From positions 77,194 through 141,193 of the forward strand of contig CASGAB010000001.1 of the NCBI GenBank assembly GCA_949299395.1: a stretch of DNA of 64,000 nt, read 5' to 3'. The position numbers and the translations under genes were made by a program. The DNA comes from an uncultured bacterium. GTDB lineage: Bacteria > Bacillota_I > Bacilli_A > RFN20 > CAG-826. Of the stretch, positions 30,464 to 41,145 are shown piece by piece (positions within the stretch are counted from its first letter, which is position 1; each line of letters starts with the position of its first letter). The notes beneath the pieces are model-generated. The model searched no databases, was not told where the DNA came from, and worked only from the letters and a program-made list of their open reading frames with translations.

Positions 30464-31126
30464 TTATAGGTTTAAATACTTTTCCAAATCATTTAACATT
30501 TCTTGCAATTTATTAAATGCTGCTGATAAAGGGTAGCCGTCAATAAAACAGTGAGAAACAGTAATATTTAAAGTTAAATAGTAATGATTATTTTTTTCAT
30601 CTAATTGATATTTATCAAAACAAATACGAGGAACGCTGCTAGAAGTATAGTTTCTACTTGGAGTAGGATGTTTCATTGAAACGTAAGAAATAGTAGGAAC
30701 GCTGGTCATATAATAAACAGCGTAATTTTCATCATTATATTGTTCATCAATATCTGTTCTTTTCTTTATTACATCAATATTTTCTCTTACTTCTTTATAA
30801 AAAGTTTTAAAAGAGTCGTGAAGTTTAGAATAAGCATTATAATAAACTCCATTATCTGCCATGACAGTATAAGTTGGATCAATGTTTTCAAAATAAACGA
30901 TTTCATTATTTATTTCTCTAAGATGGAACTCATAAACACTATTCATAGCAAGAGTTGTTAAATATAAAAACGGTATAAAAAATGAAATTTTCTTTTCATT
31001 TTTATATTTAACAAGGTTTGTAACATCCATACGGACATCAAAACCATAAGTTGGATCATCAAAAGTTCTAAAATAATTATATTGATTACGTTTTTTGAAA
31101 GTCTTTTTATCTATAATTTTCATCAT
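30464..31126 (-). CDS. CatA-like O-acetyltransferase (chloramphenicol acetyltransferase family)
   Basis: 220 aa, YNYFR, MDVT, C-terminal HxxxDG motif (SHCFIDGY). Confidence 0.8.
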   Translation of the reverse strand: MMKIIDKKTFKKRNQYNYFRTFDDPTYGFDVRMDVTNLVKYKNEKKISFFIPFLYLTTLAMNSVYEFHLREINNEIVYFENIDPTYTVMADNGVYYNAYSKLHDSFKTFYKEVRENIDVIKKRTDIDEQYNDENYAVYYMTSVPTISYVSMKHPTPSRNYTSSSVPRICFDKYQLDEKNNHYYLTLNITVSHCFIDGYPLSAAFNKLQEMLNDLEKYLNL

Positions 31127-31208
31127 ATATACCTTTAAAATTATATAATAAGAGCGAAAATTGTTAAATATTTGATATAATAATTAAAGTTTAAAGGGAA
31201 GAAACAAT

Positions 31209-33620
31209 ATGTATATTAAAGAAGAATTAAAGAGTTTAAGTATTGAAGAAAAAATTGCTTTTTTAAGAGGAAAAGATAGTTGGACAACTGTTCCTTTAGA
31301 AAAAATTAATCTTAAAAGTATCAGAATGAGTGATGGTCCACATGGATTAAGAAAAGAAAGAAGCGATACTGAAGGATTAATGATGGAATCTTATCCAGCA
31401 GTTTGTTTTCCAACCGCTTCTTTAAGTGCATGTTCATTTGATAAAGAACTTCTTTATGAAATCGGAAGAAGAATTGGTAATGAAGCAAAAAATCAAAATA
31501 TCCAAATTGTTTTAGGTCCTGCAATTAATATTAAAAGAAATCCATTATGTGGTAGAAATTTCGAATATTTTAGTGAAGATCCATTTTTAACTGGTGAATT
31601 AGCTACATATTTTATTAACGGCGTTCAATCTAATGGAGTTGGAGCATGTATTAAACACTATGCTGTTAATAGTGAAGAATTAGATAGAGCAAGAATCAAT
31701 GAAGTTGTTGATGATAGAGCTTTAAGAGAAATTTATTTAGAGGCTTTTAGAAAAGCAATTGTTGCATCTCAACCAGCAACAATTATGCCTTCTTATAATA
31801 AAGTTAATGGTTATTATGCATGTGAAAACAAATATTTATTAACTGATATTTTAAGAAAAGAATGGGGATTTAAAGGAATTACTATTTCAGATTGGGGCGC
31901 AGTTAATGATCCAAGTTTATCAATCAAAAATGGTCTTGATTTAGAAATGCCTAATTCAAGTAATATTAATTATTTCAATGTTTTAGAAGATTATCGTCAA
32001 AATAAAATTAGCGAAGAACAAATTAATGTTCCGGTTGAAAGAAACATTAATCTTTTTAGAAAATATGAAAACAATAAAGCTAGTGAATGTAATTATCAAG
32101 AAGATCATGAATTTGCAGTAAAAGCAGCAGAAGAATCAATTGTTTTACTTAAAAATGATGGAAAATTATTACCATTAAATGATAATGATACAGTTTTATT
32201 TGTTGGTGAATTTATTAACCGTCCAAGATATCAAGGCTTAGGTTCTTCAAAAATTAATCCTTATAGATTAACAGGCTTTTTAAAAGAATTAGAAAAATAT
32301 TCATCACATTATCAATATGCTAGAGGATATGATTCAACTTCTTTATCAAATACTAAAAAATTAGTTAAAGAAGTAGTAGAAATTGCTAAAAACAAGAATA
32401 AAGTCGTTGTTTTCTTAGGTTTAACTCAAACAATTGAGAGTGAAGGTTATGACCGTAAGGATGCTCGTTTACCAGAAGCTCAACTTTTATTAATTGATGA
32501 ATTAACAAAAGTTAATCCCAATATAATTGTTGTTCTAGAAAATGGTTCAGTTATTGAGCTTCCTTTTGTTGATAAAATTAGAGGCTTAATTGAAACTTAT
32601 TTAGGTGGAGAAGGAATTAACGAAGCTTTATTAAAGATTTTATATGGAAGAGTTAATCCTAGTGGTAGACTTGCTGAAACATTCTTTAAAAAGTTAGATG
32701 ATTCTGTAATGAAAAATTATTTAACTAATAATCGATTTGATAATTTACATAAAGAATCAATCTTTGTTGGATATCGTTATTATGCATCTCATATAGAAAA
32801 AGTTTTATTCCCATTTGGATATGGAATTTCTTATTCAACATTAAGTTATTCTAATTTTAAGATTGATAAAGAAATGATTAATGTTGATGAAGATGTAAAA
32901 GTTTCTTTTGATATTACAAATCATACTGATATCGACTCAAAAGAAGTTGTTCAACTTTATGTTTCTAAACCAAATGATGTAGTTTTTAATGCCAAAAGAG
33001 AATTAAAAGAATTTAAAAAAGTATTAGTTAAAGGAAATTCTACAGTCCATGTTGAATTAACTTTACCTTATAGTGCATTTACTTATTATGATATTGGAGT
33101 TAAAAACTATATTGTTCAAGATGGCATCTATAAAATTGAAATTAATAAAGATTCACTTACTGTTATTAATAAATTTGAAGTTAAAGTTAATGGAGTAGTT
33201 ATGGATTATAGTGATTCTCCATATTATTTAAAAGCACATAAATACTTTAAATGTAATGTTGAGGATATTAAAGATAATGAATTTTTAGAACTAGATAAAA
33301 CAATGAATATTAAAGTTTTAGATCCTTCTAAGATAGTTCATGATATTAATTCTTCAGTTGATTTAGCAATTTATTATAATAGTAAGGGCGCTAAACTTCT
33401 TAAAAAGATCTTAAGTAATGTTAAAGAAGTTAAAAATAATGATTTTATTAAAGAAGTATTATTTTCTTCCCCAATTAGACAACTTCGTTATTTTGGAGAA
33501 AATTTGCTTAAAGAAGAAGGAGTTAAAATACTTATCGATATCTTAAATGATAAAGAATATATCAAAAACATTTATCGTTTATTAAAGAGTATGGCTAAAA
33601 ATGGAAAAAGGAACAAGTAA
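31209..33620 (+). CDS. GH3 beta-glucosidase
   Basis: SDGPHG, GRNFEYFSEDP, KHYAVN, nucleophile SDWG, EGYDR, Fn3-like C-terminus. Confidence 0.92.
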   Translation: MYIKEELKSLSIEEKIAFLRGKDSWTTVPLEKINLKSIRMSDGPHGLRKERSDTEGLMMESYPAVCFPTASLSACSFDKELLYEIGRRIGNEAKNQNIQIVLGPAINIKRNPLCGRNFEYFSEDPFLTGELATYFINGVQSNGVGACIKHYAVNSEELDRARINEVVDDRALREIYLEAFRKAIVASQPATIMPSYNKVNGYYACENKYLLTDILRKEWGFKGITISDWGAVNDPSLSIKNGLDLEMPNSSNINYFNVLEDYRQNKISEEQINVPVERNINLFRKYENNKASECNYQEDHEFAVKAAEESIVLLKNDGKLLPLNDNDTVLFVGEFINRPRYQGLGSSKINPYRLTGFLKELEKYSSHYQYARGYDSTSLSNTKKLVKEVVEIAKNKNKVVVFLGLTQTIESEGYDRKDARLPEAQLLLIDELTKVNPNIIVVLENGSVIELPFVDKIRGLIETYLGGEGINEALLKILYGRVNPSGRLAETFFKKLDDSVMKNYLTNNRFDNLHKESIFVGYRYYASHIEKVLFPFGYGISYSTLSYSNFKIDKEMINVDEDVKVSFDITNHTDIDSKEVVQLYVSKPNDVVFNAKRELKEFKKVLVKGNSTVHVELTLPYSAFTYYDIGVKNYIVQDGIYKIEINKDSLTVINKFEVKVNGVVMDYSDSPYYLKAHKYFKCNVEDIKDNEFLELDKTMNIKVLDPSKIVHDINSSVDLAIYYNSKGAKLLKKILSNVKEVKNNDFIKEVLFSSPIRQLRYFGENLLKEEGVKILIDILNDKEYIKNIYRLLKSMAKNGKRNK

Positions 33621-33669
33621 GATTGTTCCTTTTATCTTTATTAAATAGAGAATATAATCTTTACTTAGT

Positions 33670-34632
33670 ATGAAAAGAAAAGAGTTAAAAGGTAGTTTTA
33701 TTCTTCTTCTTGTAGCCTTTTTATGGGGTGTATCTTTTGTCTTTCAATCAATTGCATCTAAATATATGGATGCTTATACAATTCTTTATTTAAGAAGTAT
33801 TATAGGAGCGTTAACTATATTGCCGTTTTTAATATATTTTTTAATTAAAGATAGAAAAAATAATATTAAATATAAAAAGATAGATTTAGTAATTGGTCCT
33901 ATATTATGTGGGGCAGCTTTATTACTTGCTTCTTTACTTCAACAAATTGGTTTAGAAACAGTAAGTGCTGGTAAAACTGGATTTTTAACTTCTTTATATA
34001 TAATACTTGTTCCAATATTTGGTTTATTTTTACATAAAAAGTTAGGGTTAAACGTAATAGTTTCTATTGGCATAGCTTTAGTTGGGTTATTATTGCTTTC
34101 CTTTGATTTTTCTAGTGGATTTAGTTTTTCAACTGGCGATTTACTAATTTTATGTGGAACAATATTTTTTGCTATTCAAATATTATTAGTTGATCATTTT
34201 TCTAAAAAAATAAATGTTTATTATCTTTCTTTTGGTCAACTTATTATTCAAGGGATAGTTTCTTTTGTTATTAGACTCATTTTAGGATTTGATATTTCCA
34301 AGCTTAGTGTTTTAGGAAATATCGAACCTTTAATTGCAATATTATTTATTGGAGTTATATCTAGTGGGGTTGCTTATACACTTCAAATGGTTGGTCAAAA
34401 AGATGTTAATTCAACAGTTTCTAGTCTTTTACTTTCACTTGAAAGTGTTTTTAGTGCGGTCTCTGCAGTGATTATTTATCAATTTTATAAGTTTTCGAAT
34501 GTTGATCAAAATATGTCTTTAGAGGAAATTTTTGGCTCAATTATTATGTTTATTGCGGTAATTATCTCTCAATTACCACCTGAACGGTTTAAGAAAAAGA
34601 AGAAAGCAGAAGAAGAAAAAAGTGAAAATTAA
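33670..34632 (+). CDS. DMT/EamA-family transporter
   Basis: About 10 TM helices, WG.SF, GFLTSLY, LESVFSA; one CGG codon at 34585. Confidence 0.9.
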   Translation: MKRKELKGSFILLLVAFLWGVSFVFQSIASKYMDAYTILYLRSIIGALTILPFLIYFLIKDRKNNIKYKKIDLVIGPILCGAALLLASLLQQIGLETVSAGKTGFLTSLYIILVPIFGLFLHKKLGLNVIVSIGIALVGLLLLSFDFSSGFSFSTGDLLILCGTIFFAIQILLVDHFSKKINVYYLSFGQLIIQGIVSFVIRLILGFDISKLSVLGNIEPLIAILFIGVISSGVAYTLQMVGQKDVNSTVSSLLLSLESVFSAVSAVIIYQFYKFSNVDQNMSLEEIFGSIIMFIAVIISQLPPERFKKKKKAEEEKSEN

Positions 34633-34749
34633 AACTTTCGAAAGTTTCGTTTGAAATCATAATTCGAAAGTATAACAAATTATTTTATTAAAGTATTTGC
34701 TTTAAGATAGCGCATTATAATATAAATTAATCAACGGAGATTTACTTTT

Positions 34750-35388
34750 ATGACGAAAAGAGCACTTATTATTAGCAAAATTTCTTTAGCGGCAATGTTC
34801 TTAGCAATTTGTTGGCTAATTCCAAGTTTAACTGGTCGTGTACCTGAATTAGGAAGAGTATTCTTACTTATGCACATTCCAGTAATGATTTGCGGCTTTG
34901 TTTTAGGCCCTGTTTATGGTGCATTTATTGGATTTGTAGCACCATTAACAAATACTTTATTTTTTGTAACTCCACCTATTACCTCTTCGGTTCCTATGGC
35001 TTTCGAATTAGCTGTTTACGGTTCTGTTGTCGGTTTTTTGTTTGCGATTTTTGTAAAGAAATTTAAAAAACTTGATAGCATTATTTTTATTTATATTTCT
35101 TTAGTTATTGCGATGATCTTAGGTAGAGCTGTTGGTGGTATCGTAAGTTATATTTATAATGTTGCTTCTGGAAACGAATATACAGCAATTGCATATTGGA
35201 CAGGTTATTTTGCTCAAGGATGGCCTGGAATGATTATTCAAATTGTACTTATTCCTTCAATTATTCGTTTACTTTATGGACAAAATATTATTCAAAAATT
35301 CTTACCTGATTATAAATTCGTTTCTAAAGGTGAAGAAACAGTCAAAAAAGAAGAAAATAATCAAGTAAACAAGGTTGAAAATAATTAA
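34750..35388 (+). CDS. ECF transporter S component
   Basis: About 6 TM helices, AMFLA, MHIPV..CG...GP..G, MAFEL. Confidence 0.8.
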   Translation: MTKRALIISKISLAAMFLAICWLIPSLTGRVPELGRVFLLMHIPVMICGFVLGPVYGAFIGFVAPLTNTLFFVTPPITSSVPMAFELAVYGSVVGFLFAIFVKKFKKLDSIIFIYISLVIAMILGRAVGGIVSYIYNVASGNEYTAIAYWTGYFAQGWPGMIIQIVLIPSIIRLLYGQNIIQKFLPDYKFVSKGEETVKKEENNQVNKVENN

Positions 35389-35390
35389 TA

Positions 35391-35978
35391 ATGTTTAAAT
35401 TTGATTTTATTAAAAATAAAATTGATGAATTATTAAAAGAAAAAGAATCTATTATTATTGCTATTGATGGTGATAGTTGTAGTGGTAAATCCACTCTAGC
35501 TTCTTTAATTAATGATTATTATAAAAATGAAGTAAATATTATTCATGTCGATGATTTTTATCTTAATAATAAAGGAAACATCGACATGAATAAGATAAAC
35601 ACTACTTTTGATGGTAATATTGATTATTTAAAATTAAATGAAGTTATAAATAATTTAGTTAAAAAAGATGAATTTATTTATAAAACATTTAATTGTATGA
35701 ACCAAAAGTATAGTGATGATATTCCTTTTAAAAAGAAGAAAATCAATATAGTTGAAGGAAGTTATTCACTTAATATCAATAAAATTGGTTATAAATATTA
35801 TGATTTATCTTTATTTTTAAAAATAAGTGAAGAAGAACAAAAAGAAAGATTATTAAAAAGAAATCCATCTAAATATGAAATGTTTATTTCTAAGTGGGTG
35901 GTCTTAGAAAAGAACTATCAAAAACATTATAAAATCGAAGAAACTGCAGATTTTTTAATAAATGTAAGTGAGATATAG
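35391..35978 (+). CDS. Uridine kinase-like P-loop kinase
   Basis: IDGDSCSGKST, HVDDFY, IVEGSYS. Confidence 0.75.
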   Translation: MFKFDFIKNKIDELLKEKESIIIAIDGDSCSGKSTLASLINDYYKNEVNIIHVDDFYLNNKGNIDMNKINTTFDGNIDYLKLNEVINNLVKKDEFIYKTFNCMNQKYSDDIPFKKKKINIVEGSYSLNINKIGYKYYDLSLFLKISEEEQKERLLKRNPSKYEMFISKWVVLEKNYQKHYKIEETADFLINVSEI

Positions 35979-36112
35979 TTAGTTTTGTTTCGTTCGAAAC
36001 TATTTTTAGATTATTCGAAAGACTTTCACAAGATCGCGAAAGTCTTTTATTTTAGAGTCTTTTTTTCATTACTTTGATTTCTTAAAATATTATTAATGTA
36101 AGGGCTTTCATA

Positions 36113-36922
36113 ATGAAAAAAATCTATTTAAACTTAAAAAGATTCGATATTCCTAGAGAATTAGGAGGTATCAATGACACAGCCTTAAACGAAAGTTATG
36201 GTAAAACAATCGTTAAAGGCATTGAAGAAATGAATTTAGACATACCAATTACTATTTATTTCCAAGAATCTAATTTATTTAGCGCTTTATCAGAAGCTAA
36301 AAAGATTCATATTGGATGTCAAAGCGTACACTATGGAGATGTTGCTCCAGGTGGGAATTTTGGTGCATTTACAACTTCAAGAACCGCTCGATCAATGAAA
36401 GCAATTGGAGTTAACGATACATTAATCGGTCACTGTGAAGAAAGAAACCATTTAAATTATTTAACTTCTTTAAATGGCGGAACTTATGATATTAATTTAA
36501 TTTTAAATAAAGAAGTTAAGTTAGCTACTGACTTGGGAATGAATGTTCTTTATTGCATTGGTGAAAAGAGTGAAGAACAAGATAGAAAATATGAAGTTTT
36601 AAAGAATCAACTTGAAGTTGGACTTAAAGACGTCGATTTAAGTAAAGTTACAATTGCATATGAACCTGTCTGGGCAATTGGACCTGGAAAAACTCCACCA
36701 GATAGAGAATATATTGAAGATATAGTTAAACATATTAAGAGTATTGTTCCTTGCGAAGTCGTTTATGGTGGAGGATTAAAACTCGAAAATGCAAAAATGT
36801 TAGCATCAATTCCTGAACTTGATGGTGGCTTAATTGCATTAACTAGGTTTGGACAAGATTTCGGATTCTATCTCAAAGATTTTGAAGAAATCGTTAAAAC
36901 ATATAAGGAAGGGTTAAAGTAA
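36113..36922 (+). CDS. Divergent triosephosphate-isomerase-family protein
   Basis: NLK, GHCEER, YEPVWAIGPG catalytic residues retained; loops 7 and 8 altered (YGGG, GGLIAL). Confidence 0.85.
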   Translation: MKKIYLNLKRFDIPRELGGINDTALNESYGKTIVKGIEEMNLDIPITIYFQESNLFSALSEAKKIHIGCQSVHYGDVAPGGNFGAFTTSRTARSMKAIGVNDTLIGHCEERNHLNYLTSLNGGTYDINLILNKEVKLATDLGMNVLYCIGEKSEEQDRKYEVLKNQLEVGLKDVDLSKVTIAYEPVWAIGPGKTPPDREYIEDIVKHIKSIVPCEVVYGGGLKLENAKMLASIPELDGGLIALTRFGQDFGFYLKDFEEIVKTYKEGLK

Positions 36923-36924
36923 GT

Positions 36925-38358
36925 ATGAAAGTAAAATTAGAATACGGCGATGGCCAAGTTGAAGTAGAAGTTCCTGAATCAAGTGATGTATTTGAAACAG
37001 GTGTTACTGTCAAAGACCCTAAAGGACTTGATGATGTTAAAGCAGCTACTTTAGAAGCATTAAGACATCCTTTAGATATGAAACCTATCAGTGAACTTGT
37101 TCACGAAGGAAGTAAAATTACTATCGTCTTCCCAGATAAAGTTAAAGGCGGATTCCAAGATGATTCTCATAGAAAAACATCTATCCCATTAATTATCGAC
37201 GAATGTTTAAAAGCAGGCGCAAAAGAAGAAGATATTATGCTTATTTGTTCAAATGGTCTCCATAGAAAAAATAAGCCAGAAGAAATTAGAAGAATATTAG
37301 GTGATGAACTCTTTGATAGATTCTATCCAAAAGGACAAATCATCAATCACGATAGTGAAGATCCAGAACATATTGTTGATCTTGGCTATGAACCAAAATT
37401 CCATGCAAAAGTTGTTATAAATAAGTACGTTTATGATAGCGATGTCACATTCTTAATTGGTCATACTCAAGGTAACCCATATGGTGGATATAGCGGCGGC
37501 TATAAACATTGTGCAACTGGTATCTCAAACTGGGAATCAATTTCTTCCCACCACTGTCCAGAAGTTATGCATAGAGAAGACTTCGTTCCAGTTACTTCAC
37601 ATTCATTAATGAGACAAAAATTTGATGCTATTGGTGAATGGATGGAACACGGAATGGGTAGAAGCTTCTTCTGTGTCGATGCAGTATTAGATTCATTCTC
37701 ACATCAAATCGCAGTTGTTGCTGGTGAAGCTCATGCAGTTGAAAAAGCAACACGGGAAATTGCAGATAAAAGAACTTACGTCCATTGGGCAAAGAAAAAA
37801 TATGACGTTATTATTATGGGACTTCCAAATGATTTCCAATATGGAACACGTCAAGGAAGAAACCCAATCTTAATTGAACAAGCAATCGCTGCTCAAATCA
37901 TTAGATTAAAGAGAGTTATGAGTGATAATCCCGTTATTATTGCTTTAGCTCAATGTGATGACTTCGGCGATGAAGAATTCCCAGCAATGAAAGATGTCTT
38001 CGATTATTATGTTAATAATGGTAATACGCTTCCAGATATCGAACATTATTACGATAATATGGAAACTCAAAAATATATTGATGCTTACCGTTTCAATTAT
38101 GCATTCCATCCATTCCACGCATTCTCAATGATCTCTTGTGCACATATTGCTGAAAGAGATTGTAAAGCTGTCTATATCGTTGGCGCTAAAAAACCAGGTT
38201 GGGCAAGAGAAATGGGCATGAAAACAAGAAATACAGTTATGGAAGCATATGAAGACGCTAAAAAATATGTTGGTGAAAATCCAAATGTCTTAGTCTTACC
38301 AATGACATTTAAACGTCCTTCAGTCCACTTATGTATGGAGGATGATAAAAATGAATAA
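36925..38358 (+). CDS. LarA-family (lactate racemase domain) protein
   Basis: NGLHR, INHD, GGYSGGYK, SHH; one CGG codon at 37753. Confidence 0.8.
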   Translation: MKVKLEYGDGQVEVEVPESSDVFETGVTVKDPKGLDDVKAATLEALRHPLDMKPISELVHEGSKITIVFPDKVKGGFQDDSHRKTSIPLIIDECLKAGAKEEDIMLICSNGLHRKNKPEEIRRILGDELFDRFYPKGQIINHDSEDPEHIVDLGYEPKFHAKVVINKYVYDSDVTFLIGHTQGNPYGGYSGGYKHCATGISNWESISSHHCPEVMHREDFVPVTSHSLMRQKFDAIGEWMEHGMGRSFFCVDAVLDSFSHQIAVVAGEAHAVEKATREIADKRTYVHWAKKKYDVIIMGLPNDFQYGTRQGRNPILIEQAIAAQIIRLKRVMSDNPVIIALAQCDDFGDEEFPAMKDVFDYYVNNGNTLPDIEHYYDNMETQKYIDAYRFNYAFHPFHAFSMISCAHIAERDCKAVYIVGAKKPGWAREMGMKTRNTVMEAYEDAKKYVGENPNVLVLPMTFKRPSVHLCMEDDKNE

Positions 38359-39163
38359 AGATTTCTTAAAAATTAAAGGAAATGATATCACAAAAGGTAG
38401 AATCCCAATTGATATCTATAAAGATAAAGAAACAACCTTTAAATCAATGGCTGATTTAATGGTTGATACTATCTTAGAAAATAATAAATTGGGTAAAAAA
38501 ACATTATTTATTGTTCCTTTAGGTCCTGTCGGACAATATAAATATTTCGTAGAAAGAGTTAATAAAGAAAGAATTTCTCTTAAAGATGTTACCTTTATTA
38601 ACATGGATGAATATATGGATGATGAAACTCATTTAGTTTCATCATCAAATCCATTATCATTCAAAAAAATTATGTATGAAATCTGTTATAACTTAATCGA
38701 TAAAGACTTAATTATGGATGAATCACAAAGAATCTTCCCTAATTTAGAAAATATCGAAACAATTGATAAAGTTATAAAAGAACATGGCGGAGTTGATATT
38801 TGTTTCGGAGGTATTGGAATTACTGGTCATATCGCATTTAATGACCCACCTGAAAAAGGTGTTAGTGAAGAAGAATTTAAAAATCTTGGCACTAGAGTAG
38901 TAAGAATTACTGAAGCAACAAGAGTTGTTAACTCCATGGATGATTTTGATGGTGCATATTATCTTATGCCAGAATATGCAATTACCATTGGCTTTAAAGA
39001 AATATTATCTGCTAAAAAAATTAGATTGTATTGCTTTAGAAATTGGCATAGATCAGTCGTTAGAAGAGCTAGTTTCTTAGATAAAACTGTTTCTTATCCT
39101 GTAACATTACTTCAAGATCATGATGATACAAGGATTGGAATCAGTGAAGAATTAGCAGATTAA
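38351..39163 (+). CDS. NagB/AgaI-like sugar-amine isomerase-deaminase
   Basis: FINMDEY, GGIGITGHIAFND, AITIG, YPVTLLQDH; start at MNKDF. Confidence 0.8.
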   Translation: MNKDFLKIKGNDITKGRIPIDIYKDKETTFKSMADLMVDTILENNKLGKKTLFIVPLGPVGQYKYFVERVNKERISLKDVTFINMDEYMDDETHLVSSSNPLSFKKIMYEICYNLIDKDLIMDESQRIFPNLENIETIDKVIKEHGGVDICFGGIGITGHIAFNDPPEKGVSEEEFKNLGTRVVRITEATRVVNSMDDFDGAYYLMPEYAITIGFKEILSAKKIRLYCFRNWHRSVVRRASFLDKTVSYPVTLLQDHDDTRIGISEELAD

Positions 39164-39181
39164 TTAAAAGGAGTAGTTGTT

Positions 39182-40168
39182 ATGGCAGACGAAGAAAGAA
39201 AGGAAGTCACTAACGAAGAAGAAAAAAAGGAAAAGGTTAAAAAAGAACCTAAACCTAAAGGTTATTATAAAGATAAATTAACCCCTTCATTCGCTAAAGA
39301 AAATAGAGCTAAAAAAGAAGCTGCAATTGCCGCTATTGACTTAGCTACTTTATCAAAACCAGTCAATGATGTTGCTACATCAGGTCCTAAAAAGATGAAA
39401 GACTTCTCTTTATGGGCAAGATGGAAAACATTCCTTGTTGGTTTCGTTGGTGTTGTATGTATCATCGGTATCTGGTGGTTATATGCAATTATTCGTGAAG
39501 CAGGCGGGCAAACTAGCTGGTTATCATCACCAGACTTAGTATGGCAAGCATTTGTTCAAACTGTCTCTAATGGTATTTTGTGGAAACACTTATCATACTC
39601 ATTACAACGTATTCTCATTGGATATTTACTTGCTCTTGTATCTTCCATTCCGGTTGCGTTTATTATGGCATGGTATAAACCATTTAGAGCATTCTTAGAT
39701 CCATTCATTCAATTCATGAGATGTATCCCACCAATCGCTTATGTTCCAATCGTTGTTGCAGCATTTGGTCCAGGTGAAGAATCTAAATATTTCATTATTT
39801 GGTTAGCTGTCTTCTTAACAATGACGGTTACAATCTATCAAGGTGTTAGAAACGTTGACTTAACATTAGTTAAAGCTGCTTATACCTTCGGCGCTAGAGA
39901 TAGAAACTTATTCTTAGGTGTTATCGTTCCTAGTGCATTCCCATTTATCTTGACAGCTATGAGACTTGGTGTTGGTGCTGCTATGACAACATTAGTCGCA
40001 GCAGAATTAACTGGTGCTACATACGGTCTTGGTTCATACATTAATACCATGGGTTCCAACCTTGCTATGAACTATGCAGTTATGGGTATTCTCGTTCTTG
40101 GTTTCTTTGGAATCTTATTCGATAAAGTCTTATTAGTTATCGAAAAGAGACTTACAAGATGGAAATAG
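39182..40168 (+). CDS. NitT/TauT-family ABC transporter permease
   Basis: SLQRILIG, RCIPPIA, EAA-type loop KAAYTFGA, LVAAEL..A..GLG. Confidence 0.9.
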   Translation: MADEERKEVTNEEEKKEKVKKEPKPKGYYKDKLTPSFAKENRAKKEAAIAAIDLATLSKPVNDVATSGPKKMKDFSLWARWKTFLVGFVGVVCIIGIWWLYAIIREAGGQTSWLSSPDLVWQAFVQTVSNGILWKHLSYSLQRILIGYLLALVSSIPVAFIMAWYKPFRAFLDPFIQFMRCIPPIAYVPIVVAAFGPGEESKYFIIWLAVFLTMTVTIYQGVRNVDLTLVKAAYTFGARDRNLFLGVIVPSAFPFILTAMRLGVGAAMTTLVAAELTGATYGLGSYINTMGSNLAMNYAVMGILVLGFFGILFDKVLLVIEKRLTRWK

Positions 40169-40180
40169 AGGTAAAAAAGT

Positions 40181-41080
40181 ATGGAAAATAATAACGAAGT
40201 AGTCATTAAGATAGATAATGTTAGAAAGGTTTATCCAGTTGAAAACGGCGATGATGTTATCGCTTTAAACGGAGTTAACCTTGAAATCAAAAAGAATGAA
40301 TTTATTTGTGTTGTTGGTCCTTCTGGATGTGGTAAAACTACATTATTAAATATCATTGCTGGTCTTGAACAACCAACAAGTGGAAGTGCAACAATTCATA
40401 GAAGACCTATTTTAGGACCTGGTCCTGATAGAGGTGTTATCTTCCAACAATACGCTTTATTCCCATGGTTAACAGTTAAAAAGAACGTCATGTATTCAAC
40501 AAAATTTATTAAACATGAAGTTCCTGTTATGAAAAAGAATAAAGAAACAGGTGAAATGGAACAAGTTTACGAAACTGATGAAAACGGTAATACAGTTCCA
40601 GTCATGAAAAAAGTTAAATATTCAAAACTTGAAAGAGAAGCTATTGCAAGAAAATATATTGAAATGGTTCAACTTAATGGTTTTGAAAATAAATATCCAA
40701 AAGAATTATCAGGTGGTATGAAACAAAGAGTTGCTATCGCTAGAGGATATGCACTTAATTCAGAAGTTTTATTACTTGATGAACCATTTGGTGCTCTTGA
40801 TGCTCAAACAAGATCTCAATTACAAGAAGACTTGTTAAAAACTTGGGAAAAAGAAAGAAAAACATGTTTCTTCATTACCCACGACGTTGATGAATGTGTC
40901 TTACTTGCTTCTAGAGTTATCATTATGAGCGCAAGACCTGGTCAAGTTAAGGAAGTCATTGATATTGATTTACCTTACCCAAGAAGTCAAGCTACTAAAT
41001 TAGACCCAAAATTCCAAGAATATCGTAATCACATTTGGGATGTTGTCTATAAGATGTATCTTAGTAGCGCAAGACATTAA
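40181..41080 (+). CDS. NitT/TauT-family ABC transporter ATPase
   Basis: [38 protein letters not shown]. Confidence 0.92.
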   Translation: MENNNEVVIKIDNVRKVYPVENGDDVIALNGVNLEIKKNEFICVVGPSGCGKTTLLNIIAGLEQPTSGSATIHRRPILGPGPDRGVIFQQYALFPWLTVKKNVMYSTKFIKHEVPVMKKNKETGEMEQVYETDENGNTVPVMKKVKYSKLEREAIARKYIEMVQLNGFENKYPKELSGGMKQRVAIARGYALNSEVLLLDEPFGALDAQTRSQLQEDLLKTWEKERKTCFFITHDVDECVLLASRVIIMSARPGQVKEVIDIDLPYPRSQATKLDPKFQEYRNHIWDVVYKMYLSSARH

Positions 41081-41145
41081 TTTTGCTAAAGCAATTTATT
41101 AAAATTGTAAAAATATTTAATTTAAGGAATTATAAGGAGATTAAA

